This document shows positions 36,849 to 51,800 of a DNA stretch of 64,000 nucleotides, piece after piece; the first letter of the stretch is position 1; every line of letters begins with the position of its first letter. The notes beneath the pieces are model-generated. The model was not told the DNA's origin. It was given only the letters and a program-made list of their open reading frames with translations, and ran no database searches. Position numbers and translations under genes: made by a program. This DNA is from Tubulanus polymorphus (taxonomy: Eukaryota > Animalia > Nemertea): NCBI RefSeq assembly GCF_964204645.1, contig NC_134026.1, forward strand, positions 24,710,150 through 24,774,149. Direction: 5' to 3'.

Positions 36849-39800
36849 ATGGATTCGTCGTGCTCTTTCCACGCGTTAATTTTCCTGCTAATAATCGGGC
36901 GACTTTCGTGTACCGATTCGCCGAAACACCGCTTGCAACCGTTCTTTCAGGGTAAGTGTTTTATTGAATTCATAGTATGTATATATATAACACATTCTAA
37001 AGAAGTACAATTATAAGGTTGATGAAGAAAACTCGATGTATCTATCTAGATAACCTCGACATAATGCAAAAGCTGGATACTTTAACAGCAATAACTTCAT
37101 TGAAAGTTTGAAAGTTGTGGAATAAGCAGAAAGTACATATTTTTGTCTACGTTAATACTGTCAACATTTTGTTACAATGAAAAATTAAGGAAGAAGTTAA
37201 CAATGATTTCTTTCGCTAGAACTGACTTTTGGCAAATATCCAAATCACGTTCACATAATTCAATCAAATTTATCAGTTATATTTAGATGCATTCTAAACT
37301 GATAAAACGTCACCACCCAAACGATGGATATGCATTTTAATCGTTTTATTGTAGCCTAAATGTCGATATTACCGAAAGTTCGGTCCGATTACGCCGCAGG
37401 TCAAAATTATATCATAGACGTATATATATATTTGTTGAATTTTACGGGTCTAAAGTGATACATATATATATATATATATATACATTACGTATAAATCGAC
37501 AATATTACCATGGTGACTACGTTCATCTAACGTATCGTAATACGTTTATTACTTTCAATATGTAATAAAATTTGTGATCGTATGGTGAGTGACTTTTAGA
37601 GATATCTTCGAAACGAAAGGAAATATATATGATATTTGTTATCAGGTGTAAAACTTTGCCGGAGTCTATAATTTTGCCTTTGTGAATGACCTATCAGCGC
37701 ACAACATGTCAATAATTTCCCAAGACGATTCCTTTCTATTCACGCCAATCATATTTACAGTGCTGCGCTAAAGTGAGAGAATAATTTTATCTCTAACGAA
37801 CACGTTTGTCACACTGTCAATCAGGCTCCCTACCGGTAGTTCTAATTGTAGGTGACGGGATATATGTTAAGCTAGTTATGTTTGGCACGAAAAGTGAAAT
37901 CGAATTTGTCAACAGCTAGAGCTACTTTTTGACCACTCAAAACTCCCTATAGACGCACCCGTATGACGTCGACAATTCTGACGACAATTCACTGATCTGT
38001 GGCGCATTTATGGAGTAATCACTCCAGGGACTCATAACATAATACTATAGCCTACTTATCAAATTTGTATGAATTTTCATGTATATTTTCTTTTTTCAGA
38101 CCTAGTATCATTCTAGACCTTCAAATAAACTCAGTTGAAAATATATTGGGTTGACCACAGGGTTAAGAAGGATACTGGGGACAGTTAGATAGAATGGTAT
38201 TAACTTTAAACTTTGTAGCTAACTCAAGGGGTAAAGTTAATACCAGTCAATAAAATCGGTCTGGAAAACCAGCCCCAGATATCTTACAACCATAGAAATA
38301 TTTAATATACGGTATCATATACCAGCACATTGTCTTTTCATAAATTTTTTATTGACGCAGTATTGAATTGTCGGCATTTTGCTTTGTAGACGCGATCGAC
38401 CTAATTTTTTTTTGAAAAAATGTAGCTTCTGTTCATTTACTTCATTTCTGCATTGTATCAATGCATCCGTCATCTTCCTTTGGGCTATCGACATTTATAT
38501 ATGTCTCTATATCGATTCCCAATCGACGCTATTTGATGGGAATATACTCGTGAATATACGCTATTCTTGACATCAACATTGTTTCCGACATTGATTTCTT
38601 CATGAAAATGGCTTGTACGGCAACGACACCAGTTCAACGAAGTTTTCAATTCTGTATTAACCGATATATGTTGGGCAAAACACATGCAAGGGTCGGATCC
38701 GGGATATTTGACTTTGGAAAAATAGGCGCAAATGATACCGCGATATTGGCCCAGTAAATAGTGAAAAATGGGTTTCATTGGCTTTTCCAATTACAGGCTA
38801 TGCCTAAATGTAATATACACTGACAGACAAGGTTTTATAGAAATCTAGACGGTTAAGATGCTCCTATTCCAAACAACCATCCAGCAATCCATGATAAATA
38901 GAGCTCCATATTTTTTTGTGCGTGGCATTTACTTGTCCAAGGGTTTCGTGAAGTATAGCAGATCTAAGAATATTTTTCTTTCTTTTTGAGCAGCATCACT
39001 CGATATCGTATATTTTGGATATAAAACACGAGTATTGTAAATCGTGAGTCTCTTTTGATGAATACATCCAAGCAGAGGACTTCTAGTGTATGCTAGAGCA
39101 GATGAGGACTTCCTATCCGAGCAAAGGACTTCTAGTGTATACTAAATCGAAGTGGCCAACATTTCATAGAGGAATTTTTTTCTGCGAGATGATTAATTCA
39201 GTACTATCAGTTGTGAAGAATAATTTCTTCCGTTATTTTATCTTTCACGGAGTCAAGGTTGATCAGAGACGAAACCGGAAACCTGATTGAGTCATTGCCT
39301 GCTGTATTCAGAGTTGGATTTATCAACGTTTTCTCACGTGCGCTGGCTGTACACATCATGTAGACTATAATATTGATATATGGGAATCCATTCGATCAAA
39401 ATCTCCAGGGATTGATTTACTGCAGATCGGAACAATTCATTTATTGAGTAGTGGATCAGATGAGTCTTGATGTACTAGTATACGGCTATATCGACGTCCT
39501 CTCGACTGAAGATAAGCAATGTACGTGTACATGCACACACAGACAGACGTACTGGGTACTACCTAATCACAACCTAAAGGCTTTAATGTCAAGCGACGAC
39601 CACCATAGCCGTAGACTACACGAATGTAGCATTCCTCCATCCATATGATGTTTTCCAAAAGATTAGTCGGCTTATAGAAATATCCGCGTTGCGATCAATA
39701 GAATTGCAAATAGAACTGCAGGTTCGATTGAATAAACAAACTACATCGCGTTTAATACCATTCACTCGGAAAAACTGCTTTGATTTTTTTTTGTACGGCA

Positions 39801-42800
39801 ATCATTTGAAAATTAATATCGTCAACGCGCATAAAGCATTCTCGTTGTGATATAGAATAAGGCTCATATATTACGTATGGGCCTACACCATTGTAAATGG
39901 TAAAGTGTATATTATGGCAAATTATTCTGGATCAATTTAGTTAGCGGAATAAATGATCGGTACGTTTTCTTCATTACGTGTTTGGTCAGTGAAACATGAT
40001 CTGGGGTGAAATACCAATTGCTCTTCATTGTCATTTGATATTGGTGTCACAATGGTAGATTAAGTGATTTGGACGGCGTTGCCATGGTGAACTGGTGACA
40101 GATTATCGTCATATCATCATCGACTTCTACATGACATCTTCAATTGATAGGAATCTTATTTTTATTGACTGGGCAGGTGGATAGTATCGACTGCCATTAG
40201 CATATCAGTGGACAACGTCTTCCGTGCTGAACATCGCGGCGATGTCTTCTACGATAAATGCTTCGGCGATCCATTTGCTCCCACCTTCCCATATTTGAAT
40301 CCGTCAAAAGATCTGATTTTGTTCGTCGCGGAGAAGTTTTTCGGAACTCCAAACACGTTCCGTCGGAGGAATACATTGTGATAAAATCTACAACACCTTC
40401 GACAACTCCCTGCTTGGGCTAATGAACCTTCTTGGCCACTCGTATGCAATATGGTTCCCAATGGGTTGATATGGAATGTGTTCAAATATACAGAAACTGT
40501 ACTGTACACACCTGACGATGATCTCTAGTGTGAGATCGAAACGTCGTGTTCTTATATTTTAGATTGTTTCAATAAAAAAATTCTCGATTTTAGATTTCTT
40601 TTAATTTTTAGATAGTGGGTTTTTATCTTATCATCTGTTCACTCGATTTTTGTTTTTGCCGCGTACATCACGATCAACTTCCATATTCTAACTTAGATCG
40701 AATTACAACTACGATTTGATATCTGACTGAATGCTAAGCGAATTATTCTACTTCATTTTAAGTTCATTTTTGCTCTGAAATTGGTTTTTGTTTGGATGAA
40801 TGTGTCGTGTGGAAATTGAATTCTAGCGTGATTTTGTCGGGATTCCGATGTCCGTATTAAAAAGCAAAGCATGCTGACGTCAACGAAAACTCTTCAAATT
40901 AGATTAATCACGCTTCGTGCATCATCGTCTAAGGAAGAATTTTCTTTCTCGCTGTAAAAGGCATCCCGGAGGGTAAGATCTACTTTGCTATCAACCTACT
41001 CTAGCTCCATGCGACCAAATAAAAGAACTACGTAACACCATTTCAAACAATGCTATTATAAAGAAATTATTAAGCGGGTGTGGTAGAGATGGAACAGATA
41101 CAGTTATTGGTTAGGTTTTAATCATTCAAATCAATCAAGTTCGAATGTAGGGCCACAAAGTCATGTAACTGGACCACGAGTGATAGATGAACAATTCAAA
41201 ATGCAAGCATCATTCCTCGGGACTTAAATGATACGGCTTCTCATTTCATTTGTATGGACGCACCTTTCTTCTGGTATTAGCATTAGCATACAGAGCTTAC
41301 TCAATCGATCAACGAGATATACCTCGGCCGAGATCCACCAAGTGCCTATTGTCTAACTAATGAATCCCTCGATACCCCTGAAACCTGTTTCGGTTGTTAA
41401 TCATTTTGAAATCTCATGAATGTTTTACAATATCCATTAGTGTAATTATCATCACGGCTTAATCTGACGATGGTCAGATGCGCCCGAGAGAGTAATACAG
41501 AAAAAAAGAAACAACGCAGCGAAAAAACGTTCAGCGCAACGAGACAGTCGAATTAACGAGATGGATTAAAATTCAATTTCTTATGATGAATTTTTTCTCC
41601 TATTTTGTAGTTCCTACGAAAAGGAAATGATTTTCAACGCATGATGATTACTCCACAGTCGGTATAGTCTATCATTTGATTCTCAGCGGATACGGTGTGT
41701 TCACTAATCACTTTCACGAGATAAAGCGCCGCACCTTCCTACTGAAGAGCGTCTCTTCTTACTACTTCAGTTAAGCTCATAGAATAAAGTTTTTTTCCGT
41801 TCTATCTGTACGTTTGTCGACACCGTGTGAAATTTTCGTTTGACATCAACCCTTCAAGTAATTTTCGACTAAAATGCAATTTCGTTTGGTAGCGATATGA
41901 TTAATATCTTCCAATGTTCGCCATGTGTCAATACGATAACGATCAGAGCAGCCCAGTCGTGCTTCGTTCATTTGTCATTTCTAGACGGAGAAAATTCTAC
42001 AGATAGACAGAAGCAACAGATCTTTTTAGTAGTTGTATCGATTCGATTTCTTCGTTGGAAGACAAATATACTCTCGGCGGTATCCCGATTTCGCTGTCTC
42101 GGAATTCTCGCTGCGGCCCGCCGATAAAACGGACAGTAAGAAGTGAACGAGTGCTCTCAAATAAACATCGCATTTGTACATCTCGTCCACTTACTGACTT
42201 TTGCGGTGAGCGTCCCGTAGAATATTGGTTATTTCATGATTCATAGAATGGTATAGACCGTATGACAGAGAATGAAACACTTTCTCTTTTTCTGATAAGT
42301 CGATCATGCGCGCCAGTTTTTTATGTTTTCTTCACACGGACACGAACAAACTCTGAATCACGTTATCTAACCCGAAAGTATTCCGTATTCGTCTTCAGTT
42401 CCTTGATCGTTGAAAATCACGAAGAATAGTTTTCATATATATCGAAGAAGTGAAATAACCTATCACAGTGAAAAGCGAAATAGCCTGTTTGTTGTCTATA
42501 GACGTTAACGCTCGGAAACGATTTTCTTGCGAAAGATGAATTGATGAGTTTCTCGGCTTCGATAGTGTCGGCTTCAATCATTCTATAAATCAAACGACTT
42601 CTATCAAGAAAAATAAATAAACAAATTCCCTCAAAGTCTTCGATGAAAAACTTGAACCTGTCAGTGTGTTTGTTGGCCGTTATCTTGGCATTGTGGCTTG
42701 CAATGAATATCATCAGTTCTTTCCTCAATCGATTATTTCAGGATCATGCGGACCGGTAGATGCGTGTGACCAAGGATGTATTCCCGACGGCCGTGGTTAT

Positions 42801-45800
42801 TACTGCTCATGTGAACCTGGCTTCAGACTTGAGCCTAATGGATATGCATGCGCAGGTACGTAGACAATTCCGCATGTAATTTATGATCAATTAAGGGAAT
42901 TTAATAATTAATAGGAAATATGATTTACCATCGCTCGTATATTGGGATCATCCAATTTATTTCTAAATTTGTACCAGTCGATTGTACGCATATAAACTGC
43001 GATGTTTGTAGTCTTATTTGTTTCTTCTTCATGAATAAAACTACACTCATAGTCTGAGAATATTGTTATTCAACATCAAAGGTCCTTATATGTGACAAGA
43101 ATACTAAAAAGCTAGATAACTGCTTATATTATGCATCTATATGCACCACACCACCCAAGTAGTTGCGGTTTTTCGTTTGGTTCAAGTAATCTACTTCTTT
43201 CCTGTCATAAAAGAAACCCTTTCATTCAGAAATTATAGATATATTCGGATATTATTACTATATTTTCCAAGTGATGAGTCGCGATGGAATTGTGCCCAAA
43301 TGTACACATCATACACGCTTTTTGTGACCATCTTCGTAACGATAATAATCACGTTATTATTGAATTACTTCTTTTGCAGCAAATAGATAGTCATTTCACA
43401 TTTCATTATCTCATCCTTGAAAGCTAATCCATCCAAAATATTGATTTTACAATAAATTCCAATAAAACTAAATCTAATTTTGCAACATCTGAAACTAGGA
43501 AGAATATTTGCCATTCGCGCAATGAAACTATTTCATTTTTGGCACACAAATTGTTGGAAAGTTTATGTGAAAGATCCCCGCGCTGTTCAAATGTTCTGTT
43601 CAAATTCCAGTAGAAAAGAATTGCTCTTTCCCTCTCCCCCTTCTCTTCAGTAAACGCATCATTCGTTATGTCTTACGATAAAACAGCATAAGGTATATAT
43701 GTATATATTATTCGTTTATCTTCTTTGCTTCAAAAAGGCTTAAGGGAAACAAATTATTCTAAAAGCATGCCACGTCACCGTACAACTTTCATCGTAGAGT
43801 TAGATCGTTCAGTATATGGTTTTTTCTAAATGATAGTATACTTTTCTGTATGGCATTTGCCTTAGGTACAGTTTATTTACACATCTATATGTTCAATTTC
43901 ATCACTTTACTGCGTCTCTCTCTCTCTCTCATCTACTATTACCCCTTGTCACTATGGCACTGGAGTTGCTACGTTAAGCGTGTCACTAATACCGTTCTAA
44001 AAAGCTCATTATTTTTCAGTGTTAAGGTCCTACCGATGATTCAGAGTATCCGGTTGTTGTCTTTCCGTCTTGTCAACCTGAAGCATTCGCTATCTTGTGT
44101 GATCAATAATCCGAACATGCATTGTCTTCTTTGATGTTCTATTGCGGTTGAGTCATGTGGAAGAAACTGGTATTTAGTCTCGGGGGTTGTTCAGATCAAC
44201 TGTGAATAGAACCTGCAAAAACGTGTCCTTCGTAACTGAAACAAACGTGATACACGAGAATAGCGCCTGGATCGTTTACCACCGATACAAGAACCTTTTG
44301 GTATTCTAACTTAGGCTCTCTTTTATTTAGTATCATTTGACCTGAATGATAATTGTCGTTTTTGAAAAAGGAAATCCTATTACAGATCTTCCATCCAGCT
44401 CATGTTCCAAACTTTATGACGAATTTGGTTTTTTGAATATGTGACTGAATAACTATGAGTTGTTACAGTTCTTCCTCGTTTCAGTGCATTCGGCAGTAAC
44501 AAAGCCATTTTGGTCCTGAGTCACCATTGTAAATTGCATACGTCTAATTCTATTGTTATGAGTAAGCCTTGTCTGCTCCAGAACAACGGTCATATTCACA
44601 TGGCTGCTGTTTATAACTACTGTCAGTATCACGACATCCATGTTGAACTTGCACTCCAAAATACATAAAGGATGCGTTTAAATAGTTTGAAGTTAAGAAG
44701 AGTCCGAGCAGCTATAAACAAAGATCGTGTCATCTATTGCTCATAGTAGGGGGAATACTGGAGCACTTTTACAGCCTGTACCTGAGTAAAAGATAAGTCG
44801 GTTTGCGTGTAGATAATCACCCTTATGGACCATCGTCAACGGGACGCAATCAATATTTCAAGTACTCTGTTGGAGGCAACGTTATTGTGGTAATTAGCTC
44901 GTGCTTTTCAAATATTGATGAAGCTGCATTCATGTGCACCATCGAGCTTATGATGCAGTAATCCTGAACTTTTTTTTCACGTTTGAGTGAAACCAGAAGG
45001 AAACTTTTAGCAACCCTCATTCAGGCGCATATATTTCATTGAATACGGAAATCAGGGATATTAATTGTGTAATTACTTCCTCTTTAGTTACTGCTACAAC
45101 GTAGATTTTCGCTTCGTAATTAGGGCAGATTTCTTAAAAAGAGATTTTTGCATATATTATTTTTACACTTTTAGAGGGCAGATTACTGTCCAGCGACACT
45201 TTTGATTGACAATTGATTTCAATTGATATTCTATTGACCCATATATATACACTCGCGGACATGTTAGGAAATCATACAAATGAAAAAATGAAATAACTAG
45301 TGTGAAAGGGCTTCTTTTTTAGTCCTAAACACGTCAATCTATACATGCTGATTTTTACTATTTTTTTACCCATATCATTGATGAAAGAAACCGGATACAA
45401 CATGTCATCAACTCCAGTTTCAGCAAAAAAGTCATGATTCACCGATTTGTTCTGACGAATTCTAATGATTAACTCATGTCAATAAGCAGCGGGAAAAGTA
45501 AATGAGATATTCAAAGCTGCTTTTGGTAACTTTGAAACGCCCGTCAACGAGTAAACTACCTGTGATTAAATGAAAATTGAATTAAGGCACGCGATTATAT
45601 CTCGAATTCTAATCAGCCGAATGCCGCTGCTGTTATAATTTAATTAAAATCGCTGCTTCAGTTTACATGCGCGTGTACCACGCAAAGCTTGCTACCATCT
45701 TCACAGTGAAGCGAAATGTGGCAATAGATTGGCTGCGTTAATAATTTATCTGATATCTCTTTCATTTGAATAAGATGAACACAAGAAACGAATTTAAAAT

Positions 45801-48800
45801 TGTTAACACGCCATTTCAATTCAACTTGTGAACTACTTTTTACCTTTCTTAGATAAATACCAGGAGCCAAATCAACTTATTCATGCAAAATAGAAATATC
45901 TCCGAATAAGCTTATTCAGGATTTTTTACTATAAAGAAAGGAGATGTTGGATTTCTGCTATAACGCGGCATTGTATCGCGAGCAGTTGTATCGTTTTGAC
46001 GCATCATCCGAATACATCTCGGTGTTTTGAATGAATAAAATACTCACGATTTTCATCAGTCTTGTCTCAAATCGAGCAAAGAAACCTATACATAAAATAT
46101 ATGAACAATTGACAGCCGTGTTTCATTGCGAAGAATACAGTTATGAATTATTTAAACCAATGACCGATATTTACGCGATGAGATAACGAAAAACGGCACC
46201 GGAAGATGTTAAATCATTTTCCATAAGGAAAATTATGCATTCAAGCGGTGCGCCTGAGCACAAATTAAATTTTGTGCCTTGTCGGCACATGATTATTTAA
46301 AGGTTGTAGATAGCAGTGGAGGTTCCTGGCCGGGGTAAACATTGTTTGCTCCGGCTTTCTTATCTGGCTTCATGTCGTTGTTCTGATGCGAATAGTGAAG
46401 GATGGAACAAAATGTGCCATGAATATTGTCTTTTTTTCTGGGACAATAAGCGGTCTGTTCGAATCCCACGCCTTCCTGTATTCTGCTTGTCATGCAACCC
46501 TCTTGCATTAGCGCGCGTGTATTATTCAACGTATTCGATTAAAACAACCATAACACCCAAAATGCGAACTGGTAATTGACAAATGAAGGTTCGTCACATC
46601 GAATTCCGACTATCTAAAAATTATACGCACAGTTTGAAAGTAACCCGCTATTTGGGCGTTAAACATTGATCATATGGTAAAACACAACGGTTGTTGTTCG
46701 GTTCCCGATAAAATTTCGTGCTATTATATCTAATTATAGGCGTGCGTGGAAAGATTTCCAATGAAATCTGATCTAAAGTAAACGAAAGCGCAATGGTTAG
46801 TGTTTCAAGGGAGCGACTGAAACACCAATTTTCGATCATGTAATTGATCAATCAACGGTTACACGATGTTTTACGTGTGTTTATTTCATTTTTTTATGGC
46901 AAGAGATGATTTCAATCGTTACGTGAATATGAATTCGCCCATTCACAGCTAGTGTCTGGACTGATGTTCCTCTGAACCATGTTTCCGCTCTTGTTAATTT
47001 GCTCGTTTGTGCGGCAACGTTTGTTGCTTAAAACCTACACTTCTTCCTTCCTTCGCCAAACCTGGTAATTTGTACTGAAGGGATTCACTCAATTATCTGG
47101 CCGCATGAAGCGACCGCGATGAAACCCGACAAATGCTATTTACTGCGTACCTCAAAAATCAAATGTCATTTCTCCACTGAATAATGGCCACTTCGTCAGT
47201 TTCTTTCGCGGTCGAAATTGGCTTGCAGAATATTTCTACTTCTGTGCGATGATCTCATCAAAGATACCATTTACTCACTCAATACGTATGTAATCATTTC
47301 TTCACGAGCTAGAATAACCATTCATCCTACAATAACTTCCGCTTTGCTAAATAAATGGCGGCCCATATCATTCGGGCCGATATAGATCGATAGTTGAAAT
47401 CGGTTTTAAAATTCAATTAAGCTTCTATAGTGTTGGTTTCTGGCGATAACTGAATTATCGTGACCCATCTAGTGAACATTTTTTTTCCGTACGACCAGCA
47501 GTAAGCCTCTCTGGTATAACTGTAATTACAGCGTTAGTTTCCACGTGATTAAATAAGTAACTCTCGTGAGCCTGACAATTTTTATCTCGGAACAATCTCC
47601 CCGCCCTTCACTTTGTGACAGGTAGTTAACTGAACGGACCATTTACGGACATCTAGATGCTAAACATGTCCACAGTAAAGCTGAAAGAGCTGTACATTTT
47701 TTGCTTACCGCAGGTCATCCATATAACAACTCCTCGTTGTCTCATATATCGGTATGCATGACAATAGTTTTGTCATCCAGTAATTGGGGATCACATGACC
47801 ATATCATCCATCAGTGAAACGGTAAAGCTGTATATACTCATTGCGGCGGCTGATATCGAATACAAATCAGCGCCACTCTGTGAAATATATTTTTTTTCGG
47901 TCAGTACACGATACGATCGTTAATAATTCTGGACAGGTGACATCGTCCACGAGGAAATATCCTGCTTGTTCGTGGATGTTTTTGCGTGCCGTGATTTTCT
48001 CCTCGCTGTCATGGATGATAATGTGCAGATCATCCGATTACGGAACGTCGAAATTTTTCAATGTTCTTCGCGATGCTGGATTATTCCCGGTTTTCGCAGG
48101 TCGAACTGATCGGGCTTTTAGAAATTCATTCAATATTTTCATCATTCTTCCTGCGTTGTATATATAGATCTATCTGGCGAAACTTCAAACATATACAGCA
48201 AATGATGTATTCAAGTGCGTCATCGACATTATGTATATCTTAGACAGGAATCTTGAATCTGTATTGAATAAATTCCGCCGGAATCTACACCAATTATCGA
48301 CTCCCCGTAGCCAACATCAGCGCGTCGTAATGAAAGGAGATGATAATTGAATACGATATCTATTGATCAGACTTGCTGTAGGTGTCACATTGATACTGAC
48401 CTCTCTTTTGGCTAGGATTGGTTGATATTGGCATACGTCTCGGCATGCTTCAGTGATGTGCATGTCTAATATTATCAAACATGGGTCTCTCTGTATGTCT
48501 TCTATAAATAACGTCAAAGGATCGATTCTTCACTGAAAGAAATGCATGGGCGAAAGGAATGAAAAGTGAAAGATGAAATCATTTTGAGGTTTTCATTTCA
48601 AATGTGTGATGATGTGCTTTCAGAACTTCCGTCCGATTTCTGAAACGCGGAAGAGATTCTTTTGAGCTTCCTTTTTAACGTGCTACAATAAATAAATGAT
48701 GAATGCTTGGTCCTGGGTGGTTCCAAGCTTGGAGTTATCGATTACTCCAAGATCCAACCTATGTTAACGTCAAATACATAAAATCTCGGTGGTGTCGACA

Positions 48801-51800
48801 ATTCGAAGAAATTATATTGAATATTCAGTTTTGACAGATCAATTACTAGTTCAGATGATGGATCAGTGTCCTTAATGTCAAGAAATCTTATCTCCTGTAA
48901 CGTTATGTTCAGAATGGTTACAATGACGCTGGTGTTGCAGTGGTAATGATAACCGATGTCGCAATTAACCAGTTCTTCTTTGCCAGAATACGACAAGAGA
49001 TCTCTTAAAAGAGACACGAGCTATTCTTAGATGACAGGATGTTGATGAATTGCAATCTGAGTGTGGAAAATATATGACACATTTCCGTGATCTCATATAA
49101 GTATATACATATCTGTGTATAAACACACGCAAGACGCTAAATCCATTCTTTCTAAGTGCGCAGTTCATTTATCGTCTTGATTATCTATTCCGGCAATGCT
49201 GGTTGTAAAAAAAGTTACAAAATTCATCTATAGTGGCTTGTGTATCTCACAAGGAAAAAGGCTATAACAGCTTAAGGCAAGACGAATGTATCCAGACACA
49301 AAATAACCACATTTTGCCATTTGAATATCAACCGAAGATAAATTTTGTCCTTTCCACTAACACCATATGTAGATTAATTTCATCACATCCAATATCACAT
49401 CCCAGTGGCTTCACATATTTCTGGAACGTGAGCAAAGTTAGGGAAATTGTGATATTTTTCCCTGGCGTGCTGGTACCTAATTTCTTGTAATAACCGACAC
49501 TTTATCACCCAGGATAACTGTATACGACAAGATATATTTCCTGGGATTAGAGGCTGGAATCTGTGAGAAATTTGATCAGGGGTTTGGCTCATATTCTTGA
49601 CAGGTTTGAGCCTTGGGTATGCGATTGTTACTTAACCTGCCGTCTAGTTGGAGTTATTGATAGCAGAACATTCTCAACAGGGGATTTAGAATTTCTGACT
49701 AATTAGATCTATGTGGCATTTCATATTCCTTGCATATAACCATTAATCCTTCAAACACGATGACCTAATCCGTATGTGTAATGAAATTGACATGTTAAAA
49801 CATTCACAACTGTTGCGCGCAAAAATCTATCGTGTTAGTGGGATTTTCTTAGTCATTCATATTCAATTTCATGAACTTTGTATTTTTACCGTGATTAGCT
49901 CAAATGAGGCGGCAAGCTGTGATTCTCTCGCACTGCCGACTTAGTTTTCAATTTACGCCGGAATTCTATGGTATTTCACGCTGAATTACGACACTGAGCC
50001 ATTTGATCCACATTTTGTCAACAACTTTAATTCAATCGCGAATAGCTTTCATCGTTTCAAAATAATCGTGGCTTTATTCGTCGCATTTCATTGAATTATT
50101 TTTTCAAAAGCTATTGGATTTACCGAAGAATAATCTAATACGAATTAGTTGTCCTAGCTCTGCACTCAAGTAATAAACATGTATTAACATTTATCAGATC
50201 TATGAAAACTCGAGTACCTACTCCAAATAAAGAAATGAGTGCATTGGTGAATTTTATTTCGAATTCAACGATGCAATTTATAGATTATTTTGAATGAATG
50301 AAATAATCTAACCGAACGTGGTTTTCAAATTTCACGTATTACAGACACTCTGTGATGCTGATCGATTTCAAAAGGCATTCACTATATACATTTCATTGGA
50401 ATATATATTGGCTTCGTTTGATTCTGTAAGAACCTGGCTAACCTTTAGTTGCTATGGAAACAGCATCGGTTACGGGTGTTTCCTGAAATGAAACAAGCTG
50501 TGAAGGGAAATTGTTTACCTTAAAACTCTCGCGAGGTGGTGCATTTTGGTGGCTTCTAAATAAGTACGTTGAAAAATGATACAAGTCAATTTTAACATTG
50601 TCAAGTCTGAGCCGATTATCAGCGGGGTAATCTTATTTATGTCGTAATATGATCAGGCGAGTTTACCCTCGCAGTCTCCTCTTCCTAAATAGCCCCGAGT
50701 ACTCATCCATCGTCATCATTATATCATTTTCTTAAGGGACTCCATTGTGTGTAATGTTTGCGAGGAGTAAATGCTCCAGAGCGTTTTACCGGAGTCATGG
50801 AAACAAATATCTTTTCGGATAACTCGCATAAGCAGCTTCGAAAGCAAAAACGACGTCTTCACCTTGGCTTTCTTAATTAGCTTCAATATAGCCACAAAAT
50901 TTAGTTACGCACGTGCAAGTGACAGGAAGTCAGTGAATATCGTATTCGCATGTTGTTGTCATGGTTCTGTATGAGGTTGATCTAGAGTTTGATAAGAGTT
51001 TAATATCGTGGACCGAGAGGCCAGAGAAAAACTGAAGCACGCTTTACGAAATGTGACGTATCAAATCCACGATAGACACTGACGTATAACCCGGGTTTAT
51101 TTCTCCACGTGTTCGTGCAAAATTTATCAATATAACGAAATTTGCGCGTAGGCAGAAAAAGATCAGTTGGTCTGCTTGTCGCCATCGCGCTCAGCTGAAT
51201 CGCAGTTACCGGTCGTTGACGCTATCAACAGTTTACTGCGAAAAATCGGTTTATTGCTATTGCACTGCAAAAACAAAGGTTCTAGGTGCAACTAACAATA
51301 CAGGTGTTATGGTTTATTCTGTTTGGGAAAAGGGATGGAAAAGGTGAGAAATCATCTTCCAGGTGATTCTGAAATCCACTTTGCTTTAAAGTGTGGCATC
51401 TGGTATTTACCGATCATAGGCACGTTCAGCGGCGTTGATTTGTGATTGAATTCAATATCCCATCGGAACCTTCAATAAGTTAGAGAGCACTGCCCCAATT
51501 CACATTTACATATTATACCGCACAAGAATGTCGGCCACAGACTGCTAGTCTCGAGGGGATTCATTAAACTGATGCGCATCAATTTAATCTGTCCGCTCGA
51601 CAAATGATCAAATTCCGTGTACGTTAGGTGCATTTCTGTCAAAACAGCATTAATGGATTCTGATCATCTATGCGCATTCATTATAGCCTATAGCCCCGTC
51701 ATGTTATCGCCATCCGTACAAATCCATTATGCTAATTAATATATCAAATAACGATGTCATGAAAGACCACACATTGACTTAAAAATCTAGAAAGGACGCT

